Part shown: positions 38,355 to 47,754 of the stretch, piece by piece
Numbering within the stretch: position 1 is the stretch's first letter
Layout: every line of letters begins with the position of its first letter
NCBI GenBank assembly: GCA_965208105.1
Contig: OZ242318.1
Coordinates: forward strand, 2,400,001-2,464,000
Source of the DNA: Candidatus Latescibacterota bacterium
Lineage (GTDB): Bacteria > Latescibacterota > UBA2968 > UBA8231
Reading direction: 5' to 3'
DNA length: 64,000 nt
Notes under the pieces: model-generated
Told to the model about the DNA's origin: nothing
The model's database searches: none
The model's input: the letters and a program-made list of their open reading frames with translations, nothing else
Program-made: the position numbers and the translations under genes

Positions 38355-38510
38355 TGCGCACAGTCCGAAGGGGTTATAACCGGGTTATACCGGTCCGGGG
38401 TTGATACTGGTGGAAAATATTTAAGATAAGGCCCCACTCGGAGACTACCAAAAGGGCTTCTGTTGTGCTCAGGCCCTCCGTTTCCTATATTCGGGGAAAT
38501 TTGAATATCC

Positions 38511-38595
38511 GTCCGTTAGGGGTGCCTCCACGCGAGGCTGAGAGTTGATACCCTTCGAACCTGAACTGGATCGTACCAGCGTAGGGAAATGGGAC
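38511..38595 (+). ncRNA. TPP (thiamine pyrophosphate) riboswitch
   Basis: GGGGTGC...GCTGAGA...ATACCCTTCGAACCTGAACTGGATCGTACCAGCGTAGGGAA conserved core; P1 formed by gtccgtt/aatgggac. Confidence 0.93.
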
Positions 38596-38612
38596 ACCGT
38601 CCAATCGAACCG

Positions 38613-38655
38613 GGTCGTTTCCTCTGCGCAGGAGGAGACGGCCTTTTTCTTTTTT
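38613..38655 (+). terminator. Intrinsic terminator (riboswitch expression platform)
   Basis: Stem ggtcgtttcctc/gaggagacggcc (with G-U pairs) followed by tttttcttttt, located between the aptamer and the start codon. Confidence 0.75.
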
Positions 38656-38678
38656 CAGTTGGAAAGGGGACTTCGCCC

Positions 38679-41045
38679 ATGCTTTCATCCCATCTTCGCC
38701 GCATTTGGATTCTCCTGTTTTTCTGTGCCCTTCCAGCCCAACTCGAGGCGCAGAGCCTGCAGTTGCAGGGTAGGGTGCTCGACGCCGAATCCGGTGCGCC
38801 GCTCGAGGGCGCCAACGTGGCGAGCGCTTCGGCCGCCGCCGCGACCGACCACAAGGGCCACTTCACCTTGACCATGGCCGCCGGCGGCAGCATCACGGTC
38901 TCCTTCGTCGGCTACGAACCGGTCACACTGGAGCCGCAGCAACCCGTCATCACCGTGCTCCTTTCTCCCGCGGTGCTGCAGGCCCCTGGTATCATCGTCG
39001 AAGGAGGTCTGGTGGAGAAGAACCTGAGCGAATCGACGGCCAGCGTGACCGTGCTGGATCGCAACGGCCTGCGGGAGACCCCCGGTGCCGGGCATCTGCA
39101 GGACCTTACCCACGCCGTGCCCAATCTGAACTGGGCGGGCGGATCCTCCAGGCCGCGCTATTTCCAGATCCGCGGCATCGGCGAACGCAGCCACTACGCC
39201 GGGGAAGGGCCGCCCAGCTTCTCGGTTGGGTTCGTCATGGACGACGTCGACCTGAGCGGCATGGGCACCACCGGATTGCTCTTCGACCTGGACCAGGTCG
39301 AGGTCTTCAAGGGACCCCAGTCGACCATCTTCGGCCCCAACGCCCTGGCCGGCCTGATCAACCTGCGTTCGGCCGATCCCCACCAGCGCTTCGAATGGGT
39401 GGGCAGCGCCGGAGTGGGCAGCGATGGCCTGCAACGCTATTCGGGAGTAGTCAACCTGCCTGTTCCATCGTGGACCGGCCTGGCGCTCCGCCTGGGTTAC
39501 GAGAACGGCCGCGGCAACGGCTTTCGCAGCAACGCCTTCCTCGACGCCGACGATACCAACCACCGCCGCGAGCAGATGCTGCGCGCCAAGATGGGCTGGA
39601 CCCCCGCAAGTGGCCCCCGGTTGTCGGCCACCTTCTTCCGGGCCCATATGGACAACGGCTACGACGCCTGGGTGTCGGACAACAACGAGGACCTCACCAC
39701 CTACTCCGACAACCCGGGAAAGGACCGGCAGAAGACCACCGGAGCCTCCCTCAGAAGCACCTGGAAGCTGGGAGGTGGTGGGGCCGAACTGGTGACCATC
39801 ACCGGGTTTTCGCTCAGCGAGCTGGAACACAGCTACGACGGCGATTGGGGCAACGAAGACTTCTGGAAGCAGGAACCCTATAGTTTCGATCCTGAAGAAC
39901 AGGGATGGAGCTACGATTTCTTCGACCGCAATCTGCGCGACCGCAGGGTGCTGAGTCAGGAGTTCCGACTGGTGGCCGCTGAACTGGTGGCGGGAGCATT
40001 CTGGAAGAGCCTTGAAGAAGAGGATGATGCCGCGGGCTATTTGTTCGGAGGCGACGCCACCGATCTGAACGCACGCTACGAAATCGACAACCTCGCCTTT
40101 TACGGCCAGTACGGGCTGCATCTGGCCCCGAAGCTGCGGTTGGAAGTCAATACCAGGCTGGAGCGCAACGACACCGCCTACGAGGGATCGACGGAAAATT
40201 ACGGGGCCGACAGGACCAGCACCGTATTCGCCGTCGACCAATGGCTGGGCGGCGGCAAGGCGGCCCTGAGCTACGACTGGCGCCCCGGTCACTTGCTCTA
40301 CGCTTCGGCCTCGCGGGGCTACCGCTCCGGTGGAGTCAACCAGCACCCTTACCTGGCCGCCCGGAACCGCCCCTATGATCCCGAGTATATCGTCGATTTC
40401 GAACTGGGTTGGCGAGCCACCGGCCGGCGCTATTCATCCGGACTGAGCCTGTTCCACGCTCTGCGCTCGGACCAGCAGGTCGAGCTCTCGAGCCAGCAGG
40501 ACCCGGGGGACCCCAACAGCTTTTTCTACTTCACCGCCAACGCGGTCAAGGGCCGCAACAGCGGCCTGGAATGGGAGCAGACCTTCCTCCTCCTGCCCCA
40601 GGTCAAGCTCTCCGGCTCCCTTGGTCTTCTGACCACCCACGTCGATACCTACACCTTCCCGACGGAAGACGGGGACATGACCCTGGGCGACCGGGCAACC
40701 GCCCACGCTCCGCGCTACACCTTCAACATGGCGGCCGCATATCTCCACCGGAGCGGCCTGCGGGCACGGCTGGGAGTGGCAGGCAAGGATCGCTTTTTCT
40801 TCTCCGACAGCCACGACCAGGAATCGGACCCCTACCGGGTGGTCGACGGCCACATCGCCTACCACCGCGGGGGGTGGTCCGTGCAACTCTGGGGCCGCAA
40901 CCTTCTCGATCAACGCTATGAAGTGAGGGGGTTCTACTTTGGCCTGGAGCCTCCCGGGTACACCGACAAGCTGTACACAACCTACGGCGACCCGCGCCAG
41001 GTTGGACTGCGCCTGACACGGCGGTTCGTGGCCTCGGGAGACTGA
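38679..41045 (+). CDS. TonB-dependent receptor, probably for thiamine or a precursor
   Basis: N-terminal carboxypeptidase-regulatory-like domain (GRVLDAESGAPLEGANV), plug IRGIG / VEVFKGPQSTIFG, and NLLDQRY...PRQVG barrel end; downstream of the TPP riboswitch. Confidence 0.9.
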   Translation: MLSSHLRRIWILLFFCALPAQLEAQSLQLQGRVLDAESGAPLEGANVASASAAAATDHKGHFTLTMAAGGSITVSFVGYEPVTLEPQQPVITVLLSPAVLQAPGIIVEGGLVEKNLSESTASVTVLDRNGLRETPGAGHLQDLTHAVPNLNWAGGSSRPRYFQIRGIGERSHYAGEGPPSFSVGFVMDDVDLSGMGTTGLLFDLDQVEVFKGPQSTIFGPNALAGLINLRSADPHQRFEWVGSAGVGSDGLQRYSGVVNLPVPSWTGLALRLGYENGRGNGFRSNAFLDADDTNHRREQMLRAKMGWTPASGPRLSATFFRAHMDNGYDAWVSDNNEDLTTYSDNPGKDRQKTTGASLRSTWKLGGGGAELVTITGFSLSELEHSYDGDWGNEDFWKQEPYSFDPEEQGWSYDFFDRNLRDRRVLSQEFRLVAAELVAGAFWKSLEEEDDAAGYLFGGDATDLNARYEIDNLAFYGQYGLHLAPKLRLEVNTRLERNDTAYEGSTENYGADRTSTVFAVDQWLGGGKAALSYDWRPGHLLYASASRGYRSGGVNQHPYLAARNRPYDPEYIVDFELGWRATGRRYSSGLSLFHALRSDQQVELSSQQDPGDPNSFFYFTANAVKGRNSGLEWEQTFLLLPQVKLSGSLGLLTTHVDTYTFPTEDGDMTLGDRATAHAPRYTFNMAAAYLHRSGLRARLGVAGKDRFFFSDSHDQESDPYRVVDGHIAYHRGGWSVQLWGRNLLDQRYEVRGFYFGLEPPGYTDKLYTTYGDPRQVGLRLTRRFVASGD

Positions 41046-41205
41046 GGCCGGGGCCGGCGGTCCCCTGCAATCGCCCCCAGCGGCCAGCCAGAATTCACCA
41101 GCCTCCTGCGCCCGGGAAGCCGGGCGGATTCCCCGCGGCGTTGGCGGAGGCTGGGGCAGCCCGATCCGCTCATGGGCCTATGCGCTCACCTCCGAAGAGA
41201 GAGGA

Positions 41206-41904
41206 TCACCGGGCACCGGCGCTGCGCAGCAGGTCGACGATCTCGCCGTAGCCTCTGAAACCAGCAATTTCCAGCGCGGTCTCTCCGTTCCTGTACCTGG
41301 AGTTGGGGTCGGCCCCGGCCTCGATCAGAAGCCGGACTATGGCAAGATGGCCGCGGTCGGCCGCGCCCATCAGGGCGGTGGCGCCCTTGTCGTTTTTGGC
41401 GTTGACGTCGGCGCCTGCCTCGATCAAGGTTGCGACGATAGCAGAATAGCCGTCCAGGGAGGCCCACATCAAGGCGGTTATTCCGTCCTCGTCCTTGAGG
41501 TCGAGATCGGCCCCGGCTTCAACCAGAATCCTGGCGACGTGGGTGTGGCCGTTTTCGGCTGCAAGTATAAGGGCGGTGGCGTCATCTCTGTACCTGGAGT
41601 CGAGGTCGGCGCCCGAATCGGCAAGCACTTCGACGATTTCCACGTGACCCTGGAAGGCTGCGGCCATCAAGGCGGTTACACCCTCCCCATCCTTGGCGTC
41701 GAGGTTGGCGCTGGAGTCGAGGAGCGACTGAATCTCCTCCAACCTTCCTTCCTTGGCCGCCCTGAGCAACTCCTCGTCCCTCTGGTCCGCAAACCCTACC
41801 CTCTCCTCCTCGACACCATTGCCGCAACCCCCCAGAGCCGCCATGAACACCAGGGCTGGAATCAAGGAGGGGACCACCAGCCGTCCGCTGCATCGGAAAT
41901 CCAT
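41206..41904 (-). CDS. Ankyrin-repeat lipoprotein
   Basis: Lipobox LGGC and about six G.TAL..AA..GH...V..L...GAD repeats. Confidence 0.9.
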   Translation of the reverse strand: MDFRCSGRLVVPSLIPALVFMAALGGCGNGVEEERVGFADQRDEELLRAAKEGRLEEIQSLLDSSANLDAKDGEGVTALMAAAFQGHVEIVEVLADSGADLDSRYRDDATALILAAENGHTHVARILVEAGADLDLKDEDGITALMWASLDGYSAIVATLIEAGADVNAKNDKGATALMGAADRGHLAIVRLLIEAGADPNSRYRNGETALEIAGFRGYGEIVDLLRSAGAR

Positions 41905-41905
41905 C

Positions 41906-42799
41906 TCACCAGCTCTTGGCACAGCGAAACCCGATGGATCCACTGGAAAGGGTTGGCCCAAGTTCATGACGGACGGAAACACGCGAGTTCTTCAGATTCT
42001 CCTTCCACGAACCGCCGCGATGTACTCTGTGCAATCCCGAATCCGGCCCCTCCGGGTGGCGCTTGGGACTGCGGTAATAGTAGTCCTCGGCATATCTGTC
42101 CTGCACCCACTCGGATACATTGCCGGCCATGTCATGCACCCCGTAGGGCGACACCCCTCTGGAGAAAAAGCCCACCGGAGCGGTGGAGGGGAAATCCTCC
42201 GTATCCTCATTCGAGTTGGCCCATCCGCGGTTGAGGTCTTCTCCCCAGGGATAGGTCTGACCGTTGGTGCCGCGGGCGGCCTTCTCCCACTCCGCCTCGG
42301 TGGGCAGGCGCAGGCCGGCCCATTCGCAGTAGGCCCTGGCTCCGTGCCATGACACTGCGATGACGGGGTGGTCCTGCGGGTCCAGGTGGCGGTAGGGAGA
42401 TTTCACCTTGAACCGCATGCCTTCGCGCTCGATCTGGGCATTGAAACTCCCGATTCGCAGCAGTGGGTTCCCGCTGCGATCGGCGTTCATGCCCACGTCG
42501 TTGATGAAGGCCACGAACTGGGCGTTGGTCACCTCGAACATGTCCATGTAGAAGCTGCTCAAAAAGACGGAATGCACCGGCCTCTCGTTTTTGCGACCGG
42601 AGTGAGACCCCATCTTGAACGCTCCCGCAGGTACCACCACCATGTAATGCCTGGTGTTCCCCGGTGTGGAATGGGCCAGGTCCGCCTCCCCGGCCAGTCT
42701 CAGCGGATCCGTATCTGGAGACTTCTGCAACCCCGTCTGAGGTGCACATCCCAACAGCAGACAGACCGCGAGAAAATTTGAGATAATAGTGATCCGCAT
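41906..42799 (-). CDS. Formylglycine-generating enzyme (SUMF1/EgtB/PvdO) family lipoprotein
   Basis: FKMGS, EVTNAQF, RLPTEAEWEKAARG, DMAGNVSEW, RGGSW and GFRCA motifs; lipobox LGC. Confidence 0.9.
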   Translation of the reverse strand: MRITIISNFLAVCLLLGCAPQTGLQKSPDTDPLRLAGEADLAHSTPGNTRHYMVVVPAGAFKMGSHSGRKNERPVHSVFLSSFYMDMFEVTNAQFVAFINDVGMNADRSGNPLLRIGSFNAQIEREGMRFKVKSPYRHLDPQDHPVIAVSWHGARAYCEWAGLRLPTEAEWEKAARGTNGQTYPWGEDLNRGWANSNEDTEDFPSTAPVGFFSRGVSPYGVHDMAGNVSEWVQDRYAEDYYYRSPKRHPEGPDSGLHRVHRGGSWKENLKNSRVSVRHELGPTLSSGSIGFRCAKSW

Positions 42800-42851
42800 C
42801 AGGAACTCCTGTCTCCATGGAGGGACGGTGCAGCCGCAGGCTTCGTCGATT

Positions 42852-44912
42852 TTAATTGGGCCGGCCAAGAGTCTTCTCGATCTTTGCCACAACCCCGTCT
42901 ACATCCCCTATCTGCCCTGTCTGGCTCTCCACGATCATCCCTTCCGGGTCCACCAGAAAATACGAGGGAATGCCGCTCACGTTGTAGACCTTGGCCACCT
43001 CGGCGCCCCAATCGGGGGCGCGCACGTGCACGCCCTGGATCCCATGTTCCTCCACTGCCTTTCTCCAGTCACTCTCTTTCCGGTCCAGGGACAGGTTGAC
43101 GAAAACCACCTGCCGGGCGGCCATTCTTTCCTTGATTTCCTTCAAATGGGGCAAATCGGCGATACACGGCCCGCACCAGCTGGCCCAGAAATCGAGCAGG
43201 ACCACCTTGCCCTTGAACTGGCTCAGCGATACCTGCTGGCCGTCGAGGTCGTGGAGAGTGAAGTCGGGGGCCGGTCGTCCGGGTTGCACCTTGAGTGCCT
43301 TGTCCAGGGCCGCCTGGACGGCCTCGGAGTATTCCGGGTAGGGGTTGATCTGCTGGAAATCTTCCCACTTCCCCCGTACCTCCGCAAAGGCTTCCATATT
43401 GTCTGCGAAGCCATCGATCAACTGTCCGGCCAGAAACCAGTAGAGCACTCTGCCCTCCAGTTTTTCCCGGGCGAGATCGTAATACCTCTCAAACCAGGAC
43501 TTGCCGATCCTGCTGCCGGGTGCGCCATAGATCGAGTCGGCCCTGGCCTGGGCAGCTTCCGACAACCCCAGTTCCGCCAGATCGAGTTTCTCGGACAGTT
43601 TCAGCGGTTTCCGATTTTCGTACATGGAGTCGAGACGGGACCACCCCGATTCCGACAACTTTGATAGATCGAGTCTTTCGGATAGCTTGGGCCACTCTTT
43701 CGCCAGGGAATCTTTGGGCACTTCGAGCGGCAAGTAGAACGCCAGGACCCCATCTGTGGTATCGATCCTCGGCACCTCTTCCTTGCTTGAGGAGGTAATG
43801 CTATAGGATCTGGACTTTTCATAGAAGGAATCCAGGGCCGCCTGGGCAGTCTCCGAAAGACCGAACGCCGACAAATCGAACTGCTGAGACAGCCTGGGGA
43901 GTCTTTTCTTCGCGTAGACCGAGTCGAGCCGTGCCTGGTCTGTCGGCGACAGACCAACCGCTGACAGGTCGACTATTTTCGACAGTCTGGGCCGGCGGCC
44001 TTCCTCCTCGTAGATCGAGTCCAGTCGGGCAAGGATCTCATCCGAAAGCTCCAAGCCCGACAGGTCATAGATATCGGACAGCCCGGAACGATCGACAGCT
44101 TCGGACGCCTCTCTCAACTCCCTGCCCAGAACGCGCTCCACGTAGGTGCGATAGCTTTCTACACCAATGGCCTTTGCGTCGACCAGGGGAACCTCCTCGA
44201 GAAAGTCGTAGTATTCCGGGGTGATATCCCGATTCTCGTGCTCGTTGGCAAAGCGGTAATTCATCGGGTAGGAAAGCATGTATCCAGCCCACTGGTATTT
44301 GATCTGGTAGATCGCATATTCGACGAACCCTGGGCTCAGCGTGTATCTCTCACGCCCCTCGGCCAGAAACTCGAGCTGGTCCCGGCGCCACTGTTCCACC
44401 TGGCGGGAAAAGTCCTCCACCTGCAGACCCTTGTAGTCCGGGCGGAACGAGAAAGGCCGACGGACCCACTCGGCGAAGAAACGGTTGTTGTCCGCGCTGG
44501 GACCGCTGAAGGAGTAGGAGGCACCGAAAAGGCCTTCCTCGGCGACAACGTGCAGACTGTCACCGGGCTCGACGAACAACACCAGGCGATCGTAGTCGAA
44601 GAGGAAGGCTCCGAGCCAGCGCAACCACTCCCATCGAGGTTTCCCGCCATCGTAAGACACCCAAACGTGGGACCCTCGGGTCACAGGCAGCGCGAGGACA
44701 AAATGGTCCAGACTGTCGAGAGCGGCGCGTTGGTGGGAGAGCCTCCGACCCGAAGGCTGCTGGTATGCGAATGTGATTTCCCGCGAGGAAGGGTCGCGGA
44801 TCTCCCCGGTCACCGTTGCCAGTCCGTACTGTCCGCCTGATTCTTCTGCGGCCGGACAGGTGCTCGATGCCATTAGTATGACAGCCACAACACCAAGGTA
44901 TCTATTGTCCAT
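42852..44912 (-). CDS. TlpA-family thiol-disulfide oxidoreductase with a large N-terminal region and internal repeats
   Basis: C-terminal APDF.L...KGKVVLLDFWASWCGPC...YNVSGIP; signal peptide. Confidence 0.88.
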   Translation of the reverse strand: MDNRYLGVVAVILMASSTCPAAEESGGQYGLATVTGEIRDPSSREITFAYQQPSGRRLSHQRAALDSLDHFVLALPVTRGSHVWVSYDGGKPRWEWLRWLGAFLFDYDRLVLFVEPGDSLHVVAEEGLFGASYSFSGPSADNNRFFAEWVRRPFSFRPDYKGLQVEDFSRQVEQWRRDQLEFLAEGRERYTLSPGFVEYAIYQIKYQWAGYMLSYPMNYRFANEHENRDITPEYYDFLEEVPLVDAKAIGVESYRTYVERVLGRELREASEAVDRSGLSDIYDLSGLELSDEILARLDSIYEEEGRRPRLSKIVDLSAVGLSPTDQARLDSVYAKKRLPRLSQQFDLSAFGLSETAQAALDSFYEKSRSYSITSSSKEEVPRIDTTDGVLAFYLPLEVPKDSLAKEWPKLSERLDLSKLSESGWSRLDSMYENRKPLKLSEKLDLAELGLSEAAQARADSIYGAPGSRIGKSWFERYYDLAREKLEGRVLYWFLAGQLIDGFADNMEAFAEVRGKWEDFQQINPYPEYSEAVQAALDKALKVQPGRPAPDFTLHDLDGQQVSLSQFKGKVVLLDFWASWCGPCIADLPHLKEIKERMAARQVVFVNLSLDRKESDWRKAVEEHGIQGVHVRAPDWGAEVAKVYNVSGIPSYFLVDPEGMIVESQTGQIGDVDGVVAKIEKTLGRPN

Positions 44913-45193
44913 GCGCGCTCTTCCCGCCTTGCCTGCTGTCTGCAGCCTTTGTTTGACAAGTTTTAATTATACAAGACCCCAGGGAGGAAGCAAGGCGGCA
45001 AGAGCAGCAGCGGCGCCGCGGCAACCACTCCTGGAAATCCACCTGTCAATGGTGCAGCGGGGGTCCTGGCGCTGAAACCCTGGAGCGGGAACATCCACCG
45101 GCGGATGACGAGGCCGCTCCCGGGGGCCATGCCCTGCGCGGCCTCCGCCCCCTGCGCCCGGGTTGGCGCCCCCAACCGGGGGTTTGCTCGCAG

Positions 45194-45361
45194 CTAGTGT
45201 CCCGTGGCAGAGAGAGGTTGACGCAATTGGGCCGCCGAGGCGCCCGGCTCACAAGGCGGCTGAGCGAGTCGTACCAGTGGTGTACGGCGAGTGAAGGCAA
45301 CGCCGTGAGCCGGAATGGATCGGCGGAAGAATGGCGACATATTTCTGCCACGGGACACTAG
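45194..45361. mobile_element. 168-bp MITE-like element, copy 1
   Basis: Terminal IRs ctagtgtcccgtggcaga / tctgccacgggacactag; reverse-complement homologue of the copies at 50299 and 53978. Confidence 0.85.
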
Positions 45362-45756
45362 TCCACGTGCCCCATGACGAGATCGCGCAGGGTCACCATG
45401 CCGAGAGGGTTGCGCTCCGAGTCCACTACCACCGCGCGCGAGAGCTCGAAGCGAACCAGCAACCGCACCGCGTAGCGCGCGAGCATGTCCACCCGCAGGG
45501 TCAACACCGGCTTGGACATGATCTCGTAGACATTGACCCGATCGGGGGCGCGGTTCAAGGCGATCACCTCGCGCGCGATGTCGGCCACGACGATCAGCCC
45601 CAGCTCGTCCTCCTCGCTGCGCCGGTTGACCACGAGCGAGCTGACCTTGTGCTGCTTCATGAGCGCCATCGCCTCGGCCACGGTAGCCAGCCCTTCGATG
45701 CTGTGCAACTCGGAGACCATGAGATCTCCTACCTTGATGGGATCGTTTTCTCTCAT
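45358..45756 (-). CDS. CBS domain-containing protein
   Basis: VGDLM...TVAEA..LM....VSSLVV and VYEIMSKPV tandem CBS pair. Confidence 0.88.
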   Translation of the reverse strand: MRENDPIKVGDLMVSELHSIEGLATVAEAMALMKQHKVSSLVVNRRSEEDELGLIVVADIAREVIALNRAPDRVNVYEIMSKPVLTLRVDMLARYAVRLLVRFELSRAVVVDSERNPLGMVTLRDLVMGHVD

Positions 45757-46103
45757 ATCTCATCTTCCAATTCTTCGAGAATGGTGGGAAGTTGGGTGGT
45801 GAGGCCCACGGCATCCTCGATGGGGAGTTGAAATGCGATTCCGGCCCCGGGGTCGGCGTCGAAGCGTCCTGCGTCGCGAATCCGCTCCAAGATGTCGCGC
45901 GCCCGCGTCTCGACCACCAGGAACAGAACCACGTCGCGCTTGGCGGCCAGGTCGAGTCCGAAGAAGGTCTTCTCCGGCTTCAGGCCCTCGCCGCGCACGC
46001 TGGTGATGGTGGTGGCCCCGGTAGCGCCGCCGGCGCGGGCGGCGTCGATCACGATATCTCTCTTCTCGTCGTTGACCAGGGCGACGATCAGCTTCAGTCT
46101 CAT
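45753..46103 (-). CDS. P-II family signal-transduction protein
   Basis: KLIVA.V, AR.GGATGAT, RGEG and G.GIAF..PIE.A.G motifs; ATGA overlap with the CBS gene. Confidence 0.85.
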   Translation of the reverse strand: MRLKLIVALVNDEKRDIVIDAARAGGATGATTITSVRGEGLKPEKTFFGLDLAAKRDVVLFLVVETRARDILERIRDAGRFDADPGAGIAFQLPIEDAVGLTTQLPTILEELEDEI

Positions 46104-46106
46104 AGC

Positions 46107-46904
46107 TCAAGCCTCCTCGGGTTGGTTGGGGATTCGACGGCGCCGCACCCAGGACGCGGCCATGGAGTAGGCCAGCACCGACATGATCGGGAAGACGCTG
46201 GCGAATGCAATGAGCCCGAACCCATCGATCAGCGGGCTGCGGCCGGGAACGCTGGAGGCAAGGCCAAGGCCCAGCGCCGCGACAACCGGCACGGTTACGG
46301 TCGAGGTCGTGACGCCGCCGCTGTCATAGGCAAGCGGCACCATGGTTTGATTGGAGCGGAAGGTCTGCACGATAACAATCAAATAGGCGGCGATGATGTA
46401 CAGGGGAAGGGGGGTTCCGGTGACGATGCGGAAACAACCGAGGGCAACCCCGGCCGCCACCCCGATCGCCACGGCAATCCTGAGGCCCCAGGCGCCGGTG
46501 GCTCCACCCGAGACCTGCTGCGCCTTGAGCGCCACCGCGATCAGCGAAGGTTCGGCGACGGTGGTGGCAAATCCGATGGCCGCGGCAAAGAAGTAGACCA
46601 GCAGGTAGTCATGCCAGTCGACCCCGTCTTCGAGGCTCGCCTCGCCGATGGTCTCGGTGGCGGTGAGTTGGCGCGCCATGGTCTCGCCGATGGGGAAAAG
46701 GGCCTCCTCCAGCCCGATGAGAAAGAGAGTGAGCCCCAAGAGGACAAGGACGAACCCGAGGATCATGTTGCGCAGATTGGGCAGCCTGCGGCGCAGCACC
46801 GCGATCTGGAACAGAAGCAGGACCCCGACGATTGGCGCCACGTCGAAGGCGGTGGAAAGGGCGGTGGAGACCGCGGACCCGGCAAAGGCGTGCAAGGAAT
46901 CCAC
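46107..46904 (-). CDS. DUF1538 membrane protein
   Basis: [30 protein letters not shown] and [10 protein letters not shown] motifs. Confidence 0.9.
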   Translation of the reverse strand: MDSLHAFAGSAVSTALSTAFDVAPIVGVLLLFQIAVLRRRLPNLRNMILGFVLVLLGLTLFLIGLEEALFPIGETMARQLTATETIGEASLEDGVDWHDYLLVYFFAAAIGFATTVAEPSLIAVALKAQQVSGGATGAWGLRIAVAIGVAAGVALGCFRIVTGTPLPLYIIAAYLIVIVQTFRSNQTMVPLAYDSGGVTTSTVTVPVVAALGLGLASSVPGRSPLIDGFGLIAFASVFPIMSVLAYSMAASWVRRRRIPNQPEEA

Positions 46905-46905
46905 C

Positions 46906-47640
46906 TCAGACCACCATTCCGTATGCGAGCACGAAAATCATGGGAGTCAAGCTGGCGAAGGCGATGAGGCCGAAGCCGTCGATCAGGGGGTTGCGCCCCC
47001 TGATGGAGGATGCCAGCCCGACACCCAGGGCGGTGACCAGGGGAACCGTGATGGTGCTGGTGGTGACGCCGCCGGAATCGTAGGCCACGCCGATGATCTC
47101 CGCGGGCGCGAAGGCGGTCATCGCGCTCACCAGGACATAGCCCCCGATGATCAGGCGATGGAGCGGCCAGCCTTTCAGTATGCGGATCACCCCCAGTACG
47201 AGGGCCGAGCCAACCGAGAGCGCCACCACCATGCGCAACTCGAAGGCGTAGGCCGCCCGCGCCTCGGCATCGGCGGCGATGGCGCCGGCTTCCGCCGCAA
47301 CCTCGGCCGCTTCTGCCGCCACCGCGATCAGGGCAGGCTCTGCGACCGTGGTGCCGAACCCCAGGCAGAAGGCGAAGGCCAGCAGCGCCGTCAGGCTGCC
47401 CTTGCGCGCAAAGGCCTGGGCTATGGCCTCTCCGAGGGGAAAAAGACCACTCTCCAGCCCCTCGGTGAACAGAATCAGGCCGGCGATCACACAGACCAGC
47501 CCCACCGCGACACTGCCGAAGTCAGGGAAGGGTTGACGCAGCACCACGATCTGGAAGAACGCGATGACGACGATGATGGGCCCCAGATCGCGCAGGGCTG
47601 CGGCGGTCCGCTCCAACACGGCGGCCAGGAATCGTTTCAC
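46906..47640 (-). CDS. DUF1538 membrane protein
   Basis: Paralogue of the adjacent gene with the same AEPAL and AYDSGGVTT motifs. Confidence 0.9.
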   Translation of the reverse strand: MKRFLAAVLERTAAALRDLGPIIVVIAFFQIVVLRQPFPDFGSVAVGLVCVIAGLILFTEGLESGLFPLGEAIAQAFARKGSLTALLAFAFCLGFGTTVAEPALIAVAAEAAEVAAEAGAIAADAEARAAYAFELRMVVALSVGSALVLGVIRILKGWPLHRLIIGGYVLVSAMTAFAPAEIIGVAYDSGGVTTSTITVPLVTALGVGLASSIRGRNPLIDGFGLIAFASLTPMIFVLAYGMVV

Positions 47641-47754
47641 GGCACCATCCTCAATGTTCCTCGCCTGGTAGTAGCTGGTTCGGGAATGAAATCATCGCGG
47701 CCCTCCGGCGGGCGGGCCCGGCGGGAGAAGGTCCAGGCAAGGTCCAGCTCCACA

